A stretch of 64,000 nucleotides of DNA from the human T2T-CHM13v2.0 reference genome, Homo sapiens: the NCBI GenBank assembly GCA_009914755.4, contig CP086569.2, positions 2,400,001 through 2,464,000 of the forward strand, given 5' to 3'. Position 1 is the stretch's first letter, and every line of letters begins with the position of its first letter. Of the stretch, positions 48,391 through 63,828 are shown piece after piece. The notes under the pieces are model-generated. The model made no database searches, was not told the DNA's origin, and was given only the letters and a program-made list of their open reading frames with translations. The position numbers and the translations under genes were made by a program.

Positions 48391-49129
48391 TGAGGACCTG
48401 GAATCTTCCCATTCTGTGTTTTCATCAGTCCAAGTTCAGCTAGAACCTTTCTGGCTGACCAGAATGCTGAAAATATGTGTCCTGGGCCCTGCAGAAAGTC
48501 CTGCTTGAGGCAGATAGTCTGATTGAGATTCAGGTGTATTCAGACCGCGGTGGGTGGGAGAAAGGGAAAGATTTGGTTTCTGATGCAGGCACAATGGAAC
48601 CAAACATTTATTTTGAAAGAAAAATAAACTTTTGTGTACACAGAGGAAGAATCCATTGGGCTTTAGCATTGGGAACAACTGGTTGACCAGTGCAGTTACA
48701 TAATGGTGTTTGTTGGAGGAAGAGAGAATGATAACCAGATCTGATCCTAAAAAGCCAACAACAAGATGATAGGAACTCATCTCTCTCCCAGTTTTCTGCA
48801 CACAGTGATGTTTTTGCTAATAATTATCCTAAAAGGCAGATACAAAATTGTTGTCAGTGCAACAGGAAAATGTAATGACTCACCCCAACATGGAGATGCC
48901 ATTTCTCCCATGAAGTTAGAAAAGGTGAAGGTTGAATCCTACCCTGTCAAGGCAGATTGAGGGGTGGGGGTTAGAGGCAGGTGTGTGGTTGCAACCACTT
49001 TGGAAGCATTGGGGGATTATCTCCAAAATTCAGACTGAGTGTGTTGCACCAGCGTTTGGTCTGGATAAAGAATGAGGCATATCTGCAAGAGAACCCTGTG
49101 CAATAGTGAAGGAGGGGCTGGCTGGTAGG

Positions 49130-49700
49130 CTCAGATACAGAACAAGACATGTTATTGATCTGAAAGATCACTGACATGTGACCCAGGAGTTCCACTTCTA
49201 GACAGATACCCAAGAGAATTGGGAGCAGGGACTCAAACAGTTATTTGTGTACCCATGTTTGCAGCAGCAATATTCACAATAAGCCAAAGGTGGAAACAAC
49301 CCAACTGTCCATCAGGGGATGAATGAATGAACAGAATGTGGTCCCTCCAGGCAACAGAATATGATTTGGCTGTAAAAAGGAAGGGGGTTCTGATGCGTGC
49401 TACATGAGCCTTGAAACTGTGCTCAGTGAAACAAGCCAGGCACAAAAGGCCACAGGGTGTAGGATCCCATTAATATGAAATGTCCAGAATAGGCAAATTC
49501 AGAGAGACAGAAAGTGGATTAGCGATTGTTGGGCTGGAAGAGGGGACAAAAGGGAGGGACTGCTCGTGGCTATGGGGTCTCCTTTTGGGGGGATGAAACT
49601 GTTCTGGAACTAGATACAGGTGGTGATTGTACAATATTGTGAATATATGAAACACCATTGAATTGCACACTTTAAAATGTCAAATTTTATATGTGAGTTT
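49130..49700 (+). mobile_element. L1 3'-end fragment or fragments (older L1M/L1P-type)
   Basis: ...ccaactgtccatcaggggatgaatgaatgaacagaatgtggtccctccaggcaacagaatatgatttggctgtaaaaaggaaggggg ... aagccaggcacaaaaggccacagggtgtaggatcccattaatatgaaatgtccagaataggcaaattcagagagacagaaagtggattagcgattgttgggctgg ... ggtggtgattgtacaatattgtgaatatatgaaacaccattgaattgcacactttaaaatgtc. Confidence 0.75.
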
Positions 49701-50029
49701 CACATTAATTTTTTAAAAATCACATAAATAAACTTATTTTCCACTCACCTGCTACTACCTTTTCATTGCTCACCTAGAAGGCTGCCAGTGCCTGCAAACA
49801 CATCTTTGAATGCATCGTTTTGCTACCAAGAGCCCCCCATGAATGGGCAGGCATGTGCCTGTTCATCCACAGCCCTTCCTCATGGGAAGGAAGCCCCAGT
49901 GCAGAGGAACCACAGTCACCTGCATGGCGACTGTGGGGAATTCACTTTTCACTGTCTATACTGCCTGGGCTTTAAGAAACTCTGTGAGTGTATCACTATT
50001 TTAAAAAATAGTTATAATTTTACATTTTA

Positions 50030-50760
50030 AAAAGGAGACAGAGAAAGGAAGGATGGGAGAGAGGGAGGGAGGGTGGGAGGAGGAAGGAAGGGAAAAGGAA
50101 GAGAAGAAAGAAAAGAAGGAAACAATGAAAGGACAGAGGAAAACAGGGAGGGAGGGAGGAAAAAGGATGGAAACAAGGAGGGAAGAAAAGGAAGAAGAGA
50201 GGGAACGATGGAGGGAAGGAAGGAAGAAGAAAGGAGAGGAGATAAGAAAAGACTGAGGGGAGGAAGGAAGAAGGAGAGGAATGAAGGAGGAAGGGAAGAA
50301 AGGAGGGGGGAAGGAAAGAAAGAAAAATGGGAGAAGAAAGGAAGAAAGAAAAAGAATAAGGGAAGGACGGAGGGAAGGAAGGAGAGAGGGAGAGGAGAAA
50401 GGTTGGAGGGGAGGAAGGAAGAAAGGAGGGTGGGGAGGAAGGAAAGAAGAAGGGGGAAAAGGAGAGAGGGAAGGAAGGAAGGAAGGAGAGAAGGAAGGAA
50501 GGAGAGAAGGAAGGAAGGAGAGAAGGAAGGAAGGAGAGAAGGAAGGAAGGAGAGAAGGAAGGAAGGAGAGAAGGAAGGAAGGAGAGAAGGAAGGAAGGAG
50601 AGAAGGAAGGAAGGAGAGAAGGAAGGAAGGAGCGAAGGAAGGAAGGAGAGAAGGAAGGAAGGAGAGAAGGAAGGAAGGAGAGAAGGAAGGAAGGAAGAAG
50701 GGAGGGCAGGAAGGGAGAGGGAGGTGGCAGGAAGGAGAAAAGGTGATGAGAAACCTTCTA
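50030..50760. repeat. Long polypurine (GGAA)n/(GA)n tract of about 730 bp. It includes a higher-order array of about 14 copies of the 16-mer ggaaggaaggagagaa (50470-50700).
   Basis: Near-pure A/G composition on the + strand. It accounts for the 361-aa (+) and 285-aa (-) spurious ORFs. Confidence 0.9.
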
Positions 50761-51558
50761 TTAAAATACAGGACATGCGAAACCATATGCCCCGTTTGGA
50801 GGTTCAAGCTCTCCTTCTTGCAGTCTCTGCATCCCCAGTGAATGTCCGCACCACACACAAACCCGTGTTCCAGCCGCCTCCTACCAAGGCAATGCTAGGC
50901 TGTTATGTAAACCATGCTTTCAAATACGGTGTTTCCTCTGTTTGGAAGAAGTCTGGCCATTGCACAGCCCTGAAGCTCCAATTTTCCCAGCCATGGCCGA
51001 CTCCACCTCCTTTGAGCCATCTTCCTCAAACCTCCTCCTGCCCTCGTCTGCCCATCCACACTGCACACCCAGGTTCACTAAGCAGGGCAGTCACAGGCTG
51101 CACCCTGAGCACTCCTGACCTGATATCCACATCCATGCAATACATATTTGCTGAATGAATAAATGAATGAATGAAAGAAAGTGAGATAAGCCATCATTCT
51201 GGAAGCTGCAAGTCTTTCTCCTTCTTTTCTTTTGCCTCCCCCTGCCTCACCCTCCACCGTCCAGCCCTGTGGTGGCTCTACGGGCAGGTGGCTCACTTAC
51301 TTGTCTTGGATGTTCTCAGCTACTTTGGCCATCCTGTGGGCATCCTCACAGCCTCAAGGGTGGATTGTTTTTGAATGGATTTTAAGGGTGTTTTCTTGTC
51401 TTTTTTCTCAATTCAACATGGAATTTGTGTCTATATCATTTACTTTGTATGGCTTTGTCACTCCCTTTTCACCTTTCATCAGGGCGTTCATGGCCTTTCT
51501 TCATGCTTCCAATGAATCTTCAATGCATATTGCATTTATTTTCTCTCTTTGTTCACAG

Positions 51559-51582
51559 AACCCACCAAGAAGCCAAACTCAG
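51559..51582 (+). CDS. XG: XG exon 3 encoding (E)PTKKPNS
   Basis: Acceptor ttctctctttgttcacag|aa and donor tcag|gtgagtg. In phase (g|aa = Glu) and matches XG residues ...DDPEPTKKPNSD. Confidence 0.85.
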
Positions 51583-51659
51583 GTGAGTGTCTCTTCAGCT
51601 GGGAAAAACTGAGGCAACGTCCTTGAACTGATGCTTACGGAGGGGATGGTTGAGGATGT

Positions 51660-53757
<2,098 letters not shown>

Positions 53758-54282
53758 TCAGGAAGTCAATGGACGGGTGTTTATAGGTTGTTCAGGAAAT
53801 GTTCACTATCAAGCAAGAATTGAAAATGCAGCTAAATTGCTGTTGGAGAGTGATGATAGCATAAAGATTTCCAACAAGAAGCTCTGCAAATTTTGCTGAA
53901 AAATCTTCCAAATGATGCTCTGCCATAAGAAGAAATTCACACCCTGAATAGCACAGCAGGATGCGAATAGCAATGCCAGCCAAAGACATTGCAAACAAGC
54001 CGGTAAAACTAAGTGATTGTTAGCTGTTTAAAAAAATAATAATAACTGGTGTTAACAACAAAGTGAAACTTAACTTCTGAAGATGAGGCTACCTTCACAG
54101 AGAGGATAAGAAAGGAAGAACTGAGTAAAAGTAGTTAGATATTGCTGGATTTTGACATTTTAAGGTTAAGTGTTCCTGCTAAAAATAAAAATTGAACATA
54201 TAACTCCTGAACTAGTGGATGAAAATGAAGAATGAAGAATAAAATTAAATACAAAAAAAATGAAGAGTAAAATTAAATACCA

Positions 54283-54547
<265 letters not shown>

Positions 54548-54620
54548 TTATGTTAGATGTTCAGTGATTTAATAAATCTGTAAAAAGACGGAGATGAGAT
54601 GATGCAATTTAAAATGTTTC

Positions 54621-54751
54621 GGCTGGGCGCAGTGGCTCACGCCTGTAATCCCAGCACTGTAGGAAGCCGAGGCGGGTGGATCACGAGGTCAGGAGATCGA
54701 GACCATCCTGGCTAACACGGTGAAACCCCATCTCTACTAAAAATACAAATA
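54621..54751 (+). mobile_element. Alu left-arm fragment (FLAM-like, 3'-truncated) with a TSD
   Basis: ggctgggcgcagtggctcacgcctgtaatcccagcactgtaggaagccgaggcgggtggatcacgaggtcaggagatcgagaccatcctggctaacacggtgaaaccccatctctactaaaaatacaaat. TSD aaaatgtttc at 54611 and 54752. Confidence 0.85.
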
Positions 54752-55100
54752 AAATGTTTCATGCTATTTACGAGAGAAGCATTTGCAACAAAATGCCAAA
54801 GAGAAGGTGAAAATAGCTGGAAAAAAAATGCGCAAAGCAAATAACCAATAGAAAGAAAGCCAAGTTGGGCTAGCAAAATCAGACAAAATAACCTTCGAGG
54901 TGCAAACAACTTTGAGGCCCAAATAGAGGTTCTTCCCACTAAAAGAATGATTCCCTGAATGATAATGGAATCTTGACCCAGCCTGCACCTCAGGTTAAGT
55001 TAAAAGTGGAAATTTAAAGATCTAAGTGTGAGATTTTAAAAAGCATTTCCCCAGAAATACCAGGATCTGTAGATGGAAATGTTATTAAGAATAAAGATGT

Positions 55101-55414
55101 GGAGCTGGGCGTGGTGGCTCACGCCTGTAATCCCAGAACTTTGGGAGGCTGAGACTGGCTGATTTCTTGAGCCCAGGAGTTTGAGACTAGCCTGGACAAC
55201 ATAGTGAGACCCCATCTTTACAAAAAAATTAAAAAAAATTAGTGGACATGGTGGCATGCACCTCTAGTCCCAGTTACTCAGGAGGCTGAGGTGGGAGGAT
55301 CACCTGTGCCCAGGCTGAGGCTGCAGTGAGCCATGATCACGCCACTGCACTCCAGCCTGCGTGACAGAGCAAGACCCTGTCTCAAAAGAAAAGAAAAAAA
55401 AAGAAGAAAGAAAT
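55101..55414 (+). mobile_element. Alu (diverged)
   Basis: ggagctgggcgtggtggctcacgcctgtaatcccagaactttgggaggctgagactggctgatttcttgagcccaggagtttgagactagcctgg ... gaccctgtctcaaaagaaaag. Confidence 0.85.
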
Positions 55415-55617
55415 GAAAACCGTAGCTCAGAGACAGAGAAACTGAGCAATGCATAGGTTCAGAAGGGTTTGAAACAGACTGAATTGTGTCTTGGCATATG
55501 AGAGAGGTCGCAGCTATAAAACAATGAGAGAAGAAACCAAATTCCACATAGGCAGGACTGAGACAATTGGCTGTTCTTGTGGATGATACGTGATCAAATC
55601 TCAACCTCATGCGATAC

Positions 55618-55906
55618 TTTTTTTTTTTTTTTTGAGATGGAGTCTCGCTCTGTCACCCAGGCTGCAGTGCAGTGGTGTGATCTCACCTCCCCGCAAACTT
55701 CTCCTCCCGGGTTCAAGTAATTCTCGTGCCTCAGCTGGGACTACAGGCATGTGCCACCACGCCTGGCTAATTTTTGCATTTTTTTAGTAGAGACGGGGTT
55801 TCACCAAGTTGGCCAGGCTGGTCTCGAACTCCTGACCTCAGGTGATCTGTCCACCTCGGTGTCCCAAAGTGCTGGGATTACAGGTGTGAACCACCACACC
55901 CAGCCT
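55618..55906 (-). mobile_element. Alu (reverse) with a TSD
   Basis: T15 followed by gagatggagtctcgctctgtcacccaggctgcagtgcagtggtgtgatctcacc ... caggtgtgaaccaccacacccagcc. TSD ctcatg(c/t)(g/a)atactt. Confidence 0.9.
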
Positions 55907-56048
55907 CATGTAATACTTAAAAATGAACTACAGGTGGATTACAAACCTGAATATAAAAGAAAACTTTTTTTTTTGAAAAATAGAGGGAAATGTCTTATAA
56001 CCTCAGAGTTAGGAGGTTTTTCTTAGATACAATACAAAAAGCATAACC

Positions 56049-56190
56049 ACGCCCATAGTCCCAGCTACTCAGGAGGCTGAGGCATAAGAATCACTTGAGC
56101 TCGAGAGGTGGAGGTTGCAGTGAGCCGAGATCCTGCCATTGCACTCCAGCTGAGGCTACAGAGTGAGAGTATAAAAAAAAAAAAAAAAAA
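56049..56190 (+). mobile_element. Alu right-arm fragment with a poly-A tail and a TSD
   Basis: cacgcccatagtcccagctactcaggaggctgaggcataagaatcacttgagctcgagaggtggaggttgcagtgagccgagatcctgccattgcactccagctgaggctacagagtgagag + A18. TSD aaagcataacc. Confidence 0.85.
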
Positions 56191-56444
56191 GCATAACCTT
56201 TAAAAATGGGTTAGCCTATGTCTACATTTAAATAATAATAATAATAATAATGTTCCAACTTCAGGCTCTGAAAAAAGTCAAAAGATGAGCTGTCAACTAG
56301 AAGAGGCTCCTTACTGCTCATACCACCAGGGAAAGTTTAATATGCAAAATGCAGTCATCCTTCAGAATTCATGGGGGATTAGTTTTAAGACGCCTTCTTA
56401 CCCGCAGACACCAAAATCCACAGCTGCTGAAGTCTCTGATATAA

Positions 56445-56822
<378 letters not shown>

Positions 56823-57290
56823 TAACTCCTGATACGCTGTAAATGCTATGCAAATAGTTGTTATACTATATTATTTTTTATTTGTATTACTTTTTATTGG
56901 ATTGCTATATTTTATTTTTTGAAATATTTTCAATACAAGACTGGTTGGATCTATAGATGCAGAAATTCTGGTTATAGAGCACAAACTGTGTATAGATAGC
57001 TCCTACCAAAACAGACGGATGGTGAAAAAAAGAAAAGAAAAGAAAAGAAAAAGAAAATGGAGGAGAGAGACTATGAGGCGACTAAAAGAAGAGGGATATG
57101 ATCATTCCATTCGCTGACAAGAAAAATTCAAAGAAGAGGGAATTATGCAATTGACCAGCTGATGTGTGTTAGAAATGCTCAGGGTCACACATATTCATTG
57201 AAAGCCAATTTAAGCCACTATTTAAATTTAAACCGATTTAAACAATTGGGCTTTTTTTTTTTTTTTCTAAAAAAAAAAAAAAGTCAATTA

Positions 57291-57573
57291 GGCCAGGCGA
57301 GGTGGCTCACACCTGTCATCCCGGCACTTTGGGAGGCCGAGGTGGGTGGATCACAAGGTCAGGAGTTTGAGACCAGCCTGGCCAACATGGTGAAACCCTG
57401 TTTCTACTAAAAATACAAAAGTTAGCTGGGCATGGTGGTGTGTGCCTGAGGCTGTGAGACTGAGGCAGGAGAATCACTTGAACCCAGGAGGCGGAGGTTG
57501 CAGGGAGCGGAGATCATGCCACTGCACTCCAGCTTGGGCGACAGACCAAGACTCTGTCTCAAAAAAAAAAAAA
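57291..57573 (+). mobile_element. Alu
   Basis: ggccaggcgaggtggctcacacctgtcatcccggcactttgggaggccgaggtgggtggatcacaaggtcaggagtttgagaccagcctggcc ... gactctgtctc + A13. Confidence 0.9.
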
Positions 57574-58310
57574 GAAGTATATTGGTTCCGTCTGGAAAGG
57601 TGGAGCACTTGAAGCAAAGGCAGGAAGACTGGAAGCAGGGAGAGGGTTTTCAGGTCACAAACAGGTGAGAGACAAAACAGTTGCCTTCTTTTGAGTTTCT
57701 GATTAGCCTTTCCAAAGGAGGCAATCAGATACGAATCTGCCTCAGGGAGCAGAAGGGGGACTTTGAATAGAATGGGAGGCAGGTTGGCCCTAAGCAGTTC
57801 CCAGCTGGACTTTTCCCTTTAGCTTAGTGACTTGGGGGTCCCGAGATTTATGTTCCCTTCACAGTGTATGAGTGAGAGCACTTGGAAACTGAGAGTGGAA
57901 GTGTCGCAGGCCAGGTCTCACTAACACAGGCCCCCACAACACCTGTTTCAGTATTGACTGAGTGGTTAAATATTAAAAGCCAGTGCTGTTATACAAAGGC
58001 TGGAATGTAACAAAAGCCCACCGAGAGTTTTTCCCAGGACTTTCCAGGGCCTTAAAGCATGACAAAATAATGAATGAATTCTTAACAGGACCCATTTAGG
58101 ATTAAACAAGTTTTACTGGGGGTCTGCAGAAACTCCCCAGGCCTCCACAAACAAGTTTATTGGGGCTTTGAAGGAACTCTGCAAACCTCCTGGATTTAGC
58201 AGGAGACAACATGAGGGTAATCACCCCGGCACCTGGACCCATTAGATTAAGTCAATTTACTGAGGCTCCTGAGGATGATGCTCAGGACTCAGACCTTAGT
58301 TATAGATTAA

Positions 58311-58634
<324 letters not shown>

Positions 58635-59820
58635 TTATGTCGTTACATAAATGGGCACTTACACATAGACGTATAGCTCAGAAGGTATATAAGCTCTATA
58701 AAACTTTATCATTTTGAGTGGGTCTGGTAATATTATCTACATGCCTTCTCCCTGTAACCACTTGTAGAAATAAAAACTCTCTTCCTTCTCAGTTCATCTG
58801 CATCTCATTATTGGGCCACAAAAAAATAGCAGCCTGACCCTCAATTTGCTCAGGAAAGACAAGGGGACTTGGGAACACTCCTTACACTTCAAAGAGAAGG
58901 CTCAAGGCCATTAAGAAAGACCTGTTGGGGTGCCATCCTTCCATCTGGCTTAGTTAGTTCTTAAAAAGATTTACATATACCTCAAAAAACAGAGGGGAAA
59001 ATACTAGTTTTCTAAAGGTAGTACTCTAATGAAAAGTAGGAGGAAGGATTACTTTCTTACCTGACAACAAGGAAAACTCAAATTACATAGATTTTAGACT
59101 TACAAAAATTTTCTGGACAGATATGAAGAACATTATTAAACTAACAAACAGCAATCCAGAACTTTTTTTGTTGTTGTTTTTGCTAAACGTATTTGTAGTT
59201 CTGTTAATTTCCTTACTGTAATCTACCAACTTTATGTGATCTCTGTCTAAAAAGCAGAACTTTCTGGTCATTTCTAAAGAGCATAGAGATTTTAAGGAAC
59301 ATCAGCAATATTCAAATTTAAGAAAACTGATTATAACTTAGAAATTCTGAGGAAGAAGAGTAATGAGGGGTAACTTGTTCTAGCAGAAAATCAAGTATAT
59401 TTTTATAACCACTTTAATTATTTTAACTACATACCTTCATTCTGTGGTTAAAATTTAAGACACTAACAGTTCCAAATTTTGGTGAGCATGTATAGCAACG
59501 GAAAGCTCAGACATTGCTGTGGCAGTGTGAAATAGCACAAAAACCCTGGAAAATTCTTGGAAAGGTACACACAAAATTAACTGAGCTGAAAATTTCACTC
59601 CTAGATGTTGGCCCAGGTACATTAAAAACAGATGTCCACTTAGAGACTTGAGCTCAACTGTTGATAGCAGCTTTATTAATAAAAGCCTCAAGCTCAAAAT
59701 AGCCCAGTGTTCACCACCAACAGTGTACATAAACTGTGGTAAATTCATGCAAATTTCAACCTGAATGAAAGAAGCCAGATGCCCTTCAGAATACAGCTCC
59801 GTTGATATAAAGCCTTGAAC

Positions 59821-60118
59821 TCAGCCGGGCGTGGTGGCTCACGCCTGTCATCCCAGCACTTTGAGAGGTCGAGGTGGGCAGATCACGAGGTCAGGAGATC
59901 GAGACCATCCTGGCTAACACGGTGAAACCCTGGCTGTACTAAAAATACAAAAAATTATCCAGGCGTGGTGGCGGGCGCCTGTAGTCCCAGCTACTAGGGA
60001 GGCTGAGGCAGGAGAATGGCGTGAACCGGGAGGCGGAGCTTGTGGTGAGCCTAGATTGGGCCACTGTACTCCATCCTGAGTGACAGAGCAAGACTCTGTC
60101 TCAAAAAAAAAAAAAAAA
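59821..60118 (+). mobile_element. Alu in Y-specific sequence
   Basis: agccgggcgtggtggctcacgcctgtcatcccagcactttgagaggtcgaggtgggcagatcacgaggtcaggagatcgagaccatcctggctaacacggtgaaaccctggctgtactaaaaatacaaaaaattatccaggcgtggtggcgggcgcctgtagtcccagctactagggaggctgagg ... + A16. Confidence 0.9.
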
Positions 60119-60660
60119 GATCTCTCAATTGCATGATAGAAATCATGCAATTGACAGAGGAATTGCAAAAGGGCACAGGAAATTTTAAGGGTTGAAGGAA
60201 TGATGTAAATAGCTTGTAACCTAGTTGGGGTGATAGTTACTCAGGCATATGCATTTGCCAAAGTTCATGCATCTATAAATAAAAGATCTGTGCACAATAT
60301 CTCATGAAGATTTTTACTCTTGACATTATTACATAGTCCAATATGAAATAAAATATTAATTAAATTTCTTGAAATACTAGAACTCTGATAACTACCTTTT
60401 GTTTCTACACCTTGTAGAAACAAATCTTTGTGGAACAGATTTGGAACAAATATGGAAAATTAATGTATTTCACATCAGTAAAATCGTGACATTGGGAAAA
60501 ACATTACCCACTTCAATGCCTAATGAAATAATGTCTAATCAATCATGAATATCTACATTACTCTTCACTAAGATATTTTTTAGATGGAGCAATTACTTTC
60601 AGGTTAATAATAGCAAATATTTAGTTAATTCTTCACTAATGCTGATGTCTGTTCTAAGTA

Positions 60661-60667
60661 TTTCTTT

Positions 60668-60699
<32 letters not shown>

Positions 60700-60983
60700 T
60701 TGTTGAGATGGAGTCTTGCTCTGTCGCCCAGGCTGGAGTGCAGTGGCGCCATCTTGGCTCACTGCAAGCTCCATCTACTGGATTCAAGCCCTCTCCTGCC
60801 TCAGCCTCCCAAGTAGCTGGGACTACAGGCGCCCGCCACCAAGCCTGGCTAATTTTTTGTATTTTTAGTAGAGACGGGGTTTCACCATGTTAGCTAGGAT
60901 GATCTCAATCTCCTGACCTCGTGATCCACCCACCTTGGCCTCCCAAAGTGCTGGGATTACAGGCGTGAGCCACTGCTCCCAGC
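60661..60983 (-). mobile_element. Alu (reverse) in Y-specific sequence, with a long T-rich tail
   Basis: tttctttttttcttttcttttc + T22 followed by gttgagatggagtcttgctctgtcgcccaggctggagtgcagtggcgccatcttggctcactgcaagctcc ... ggcgtgagccactgctcccagcc. Confidence 0.9.
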
Positions 60984-63710
60984 CTGTTCTAAGTATTTCT
61001 TATATACACTCACTTATTTAATGCTTGTGTACCTTAATTCATGTAGCCTTCACATCTCTTCATGGGTTGGTTTTATTAGTAAATAGCATTTCAACTAACA
61101 AAATTATTACAGAATTGAAAAAACTGAGACTCAGACAGCGAAGTAAATTGTTCAAGCTCAAGCCTGTAAGTGGCACTCAAGTGAGCCAAAGCTGAAGGGT
61201 TTACCTTCCAGAGCCTGTGTTCTTTATTCAGTACCAAGCTCCCTCTTAATGTATTTTAAGTGTTGGCATTTTAAAATATAGCAAACATCCATTGGCAGCC
61301 AAAGCACACTTGATACTTATAGTTAGAATTTGTTTGTTTATTGATGTTTGTTTAAACATCACAAAAATACAAAAATGCTTCATTTCAGTAATTCCTAAGT
61401 AAACCATACATAAAGTATCAATTCCTCTCCTGGGAGTGTGCTTCACAGAAATTCTTATAAATGTTCTCCATTGTACATGTATAAGAATGTATAAAAAAGC
61501 ACTGTTTGTAATAATTGAAACCAGTAAGTGTCCATTCATTTGTCCAACAAAAATAGAATGAAATACGCACAACAATTTTTTCTTAAAAATTCTAGTTTGG
61601 GCAGCATATACACTAAAATTAGAATGGTATGGAGAAGAATAACACTGTCCCTGGGCCAGGAGGGTATTCAAATGTGAAGTCTTTCATATTTTTGGGAGTA
61701 GAATTGTGGCTACCCTCTAGTAGGGTCAGGTGAAGAGATGAGTATTGTTATTCAAAAATTATAATATTTCATCTAGATAGAAGCAATTAGTTCAGATCTA
61801 TTGTAAAGCATGTTGAATATAGGTAATAAGAATGTATTGTATGCTTGAAAATTGCTAAGAGAATACAATTTAAATGTTCCCAGTGCAAAAGGAAAGGGAA
61901 GTATATGAGGTAGTAGATACATTAGCTTGATTTAGTCTTTCCAAAATGTATACATGCATGATGTCATAATTTTTAATAATCTGAAAACCACCAAAATGTA
62001 TTAAGCAAAAGAAGCTCCACATAATATTTTGTATTTATATTTATTCACATTGTTAAGGAAAAATGGTATTCAGTGATACTTGTTCAAACTTGATAAGGAA
62101 GACTATTCACGACCAACAGCACAGCAATGAGGTCTTGCACTGGGGGAGAGATTGGCCTTAGCTCCACATACACAGCTGGGTAGGTGGGGATTTATAGCCA
62201 AGGAGCAGGGAGTAGGGTCAATGGATGGACAATCACTAAGAGAAGACATCATAGATAAGGAGGATTCTTGCTGAAGACAGGCTAGGCTGATCAGACATCA
62301 CCTAGAGGGTGGTGGAGGATGAGAAACCTGATCAGATATTGAGGGTGATCGATCAAGTGTTGAGTGTGATCAGATATGCGGTGGGGGTACAGTCTGGCTA
62401 ACCTGGCTTAGGAGAGTTCTTTGCCAAAACTGAGTTTGGCAAGGAAGTGCACAGGCGAGTCTAGGAGAAGGTTCAGAAACCTGACTAAAGTTTGGTCAAA
62501 CAGAGAATCTGTGTCAGAGGTTCAAGAAAAGGAAAATTAATGTATGGTAATGAAGGTCAGAATGGGTGTTATTTTTGGGAGAGTGAAAAGAGTGGTTTTA
62601 AATATTACAAAGTAGTTTTGAGTCAGTGTTTAAAAGGTAATGGGCAATATACAGTTCTCATTTGGCATAAAGCTCAGATTAAGTAATATTGTCTCTGGAA
62701 TAAAGCTTTTTTTAAACCCTGAACTTTGAGAAACATGACATCCATCTCTAATATACACTCTTTTAGTGTTTGAGTTTTATTATTTAAGGTAATGTCTCTG
62801 AAAAGTTTTGAAATATTGGAAAGCTGACTTTGATACATACCATTAATTTTGACTTTTGATTTATTTTTATTGTAGAAAAATTTATTTGTAATTTATACTT
62901 TAAACTGTGGTTTACAGTTATTTGTAAACTTCTAGTTTCCTGCTTTAGCTTATGTGCAAATTTTATGAAGTCTTGGCATTACATTTTTATTTAAATCCCA
63001 TCAAATTAAACCAGTTGGGTCACCAGCCCCCGCCCTTCCATCTCCATAATCTGGGTAGTCGGCGTTCTCAACATTCCTGTTGAGAATGAAAATTCTGTAT
63101 TTTTCATTCCACAGGCTTAAAAGTTAATAGGCCATGGAAACAAGTAGATTGCCATTTTAAAAGATAGTTTTCAGAAGAAAGGCAAAATGATAAGTTTCAT
63201 AGAGATACAAAAATGACAAGGAATTAAATATTTTGTTTTACCAGAGGCATTTTATAACTAGTTGAAAGGAAATGTCAACCGTTTGGATTTATATGGAGTA
63301 AAGGAACTGAATTGCAAGTGGAGGTAAAACTGGTTTTTTCCACAGCGTGAAGGGGAGAGAAAGAAACAAGTTTGATCCTGCTTACATATCCATTCCTTAG
63401 TTACCTGCAATTTATAGACACGTACAAAGTAGCTGAAAGACCAATGAATACACGGTCTAGAGAGGACTGCTTAACACGCTGCATATAGAAGTGTGATTTT
63501 TTTTGGTACAATTTTCAAGTGTGTTTCTCATTAGAGCATTTAAAGTAAGCCACAGTGTCCGTTTGTATCAAGTTAGTACTCTGACGGCCACAAACATAGG
63601 CAGGCTCACTTCTGGATGTCTTATTTCTTTGCATGTTAATCGTGTTGACACAACTTGTCTTGAAATTAAGTTTAAAATGAAATACCAGTAAAACTGAAAT
63701 GAATAAGGCC

Positions 63711-63716
63711 TTTATT
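63711..63716 (-). terminator. SRY: Probable SRY polyadenylation signal (AATAAA on the - strand; tttatt on +)
   Basis: Lies 113-118 nt downstream (- strand sense) of the SRY stop codon, consistent with the short SRY 3' UTR. Confidence 0.55.
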
Positions 63717-63828
63717 AGCCAGAGAAAAGAAAACAATATTGAAACTAAACATAAGAAAGTGAGGGCTGTAAGTTATCGTAAAAAGGAGCATCTAGGTAGG
63801 TCTTTGTAGCCAATGTTACCCGATTGTC

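Noticed and set aside
50001-51158. 361-aa (+), 186-aa (+), 285-aa (-) and 249-aa (-) ORFs
   Set aside because: The same artefact over the 730-bp (GGAA)n tract. The 361-aa ORF simply reads RKEGRKEG… through the repeat.
61246-61671. 141-aa minus-strand ORF in the Y-specific region between PAB1 and SRY
   Set aside because: AT-rich sequence with an isolated ORF of random-looking composition. No known gene lies between PAB1 and SRY.
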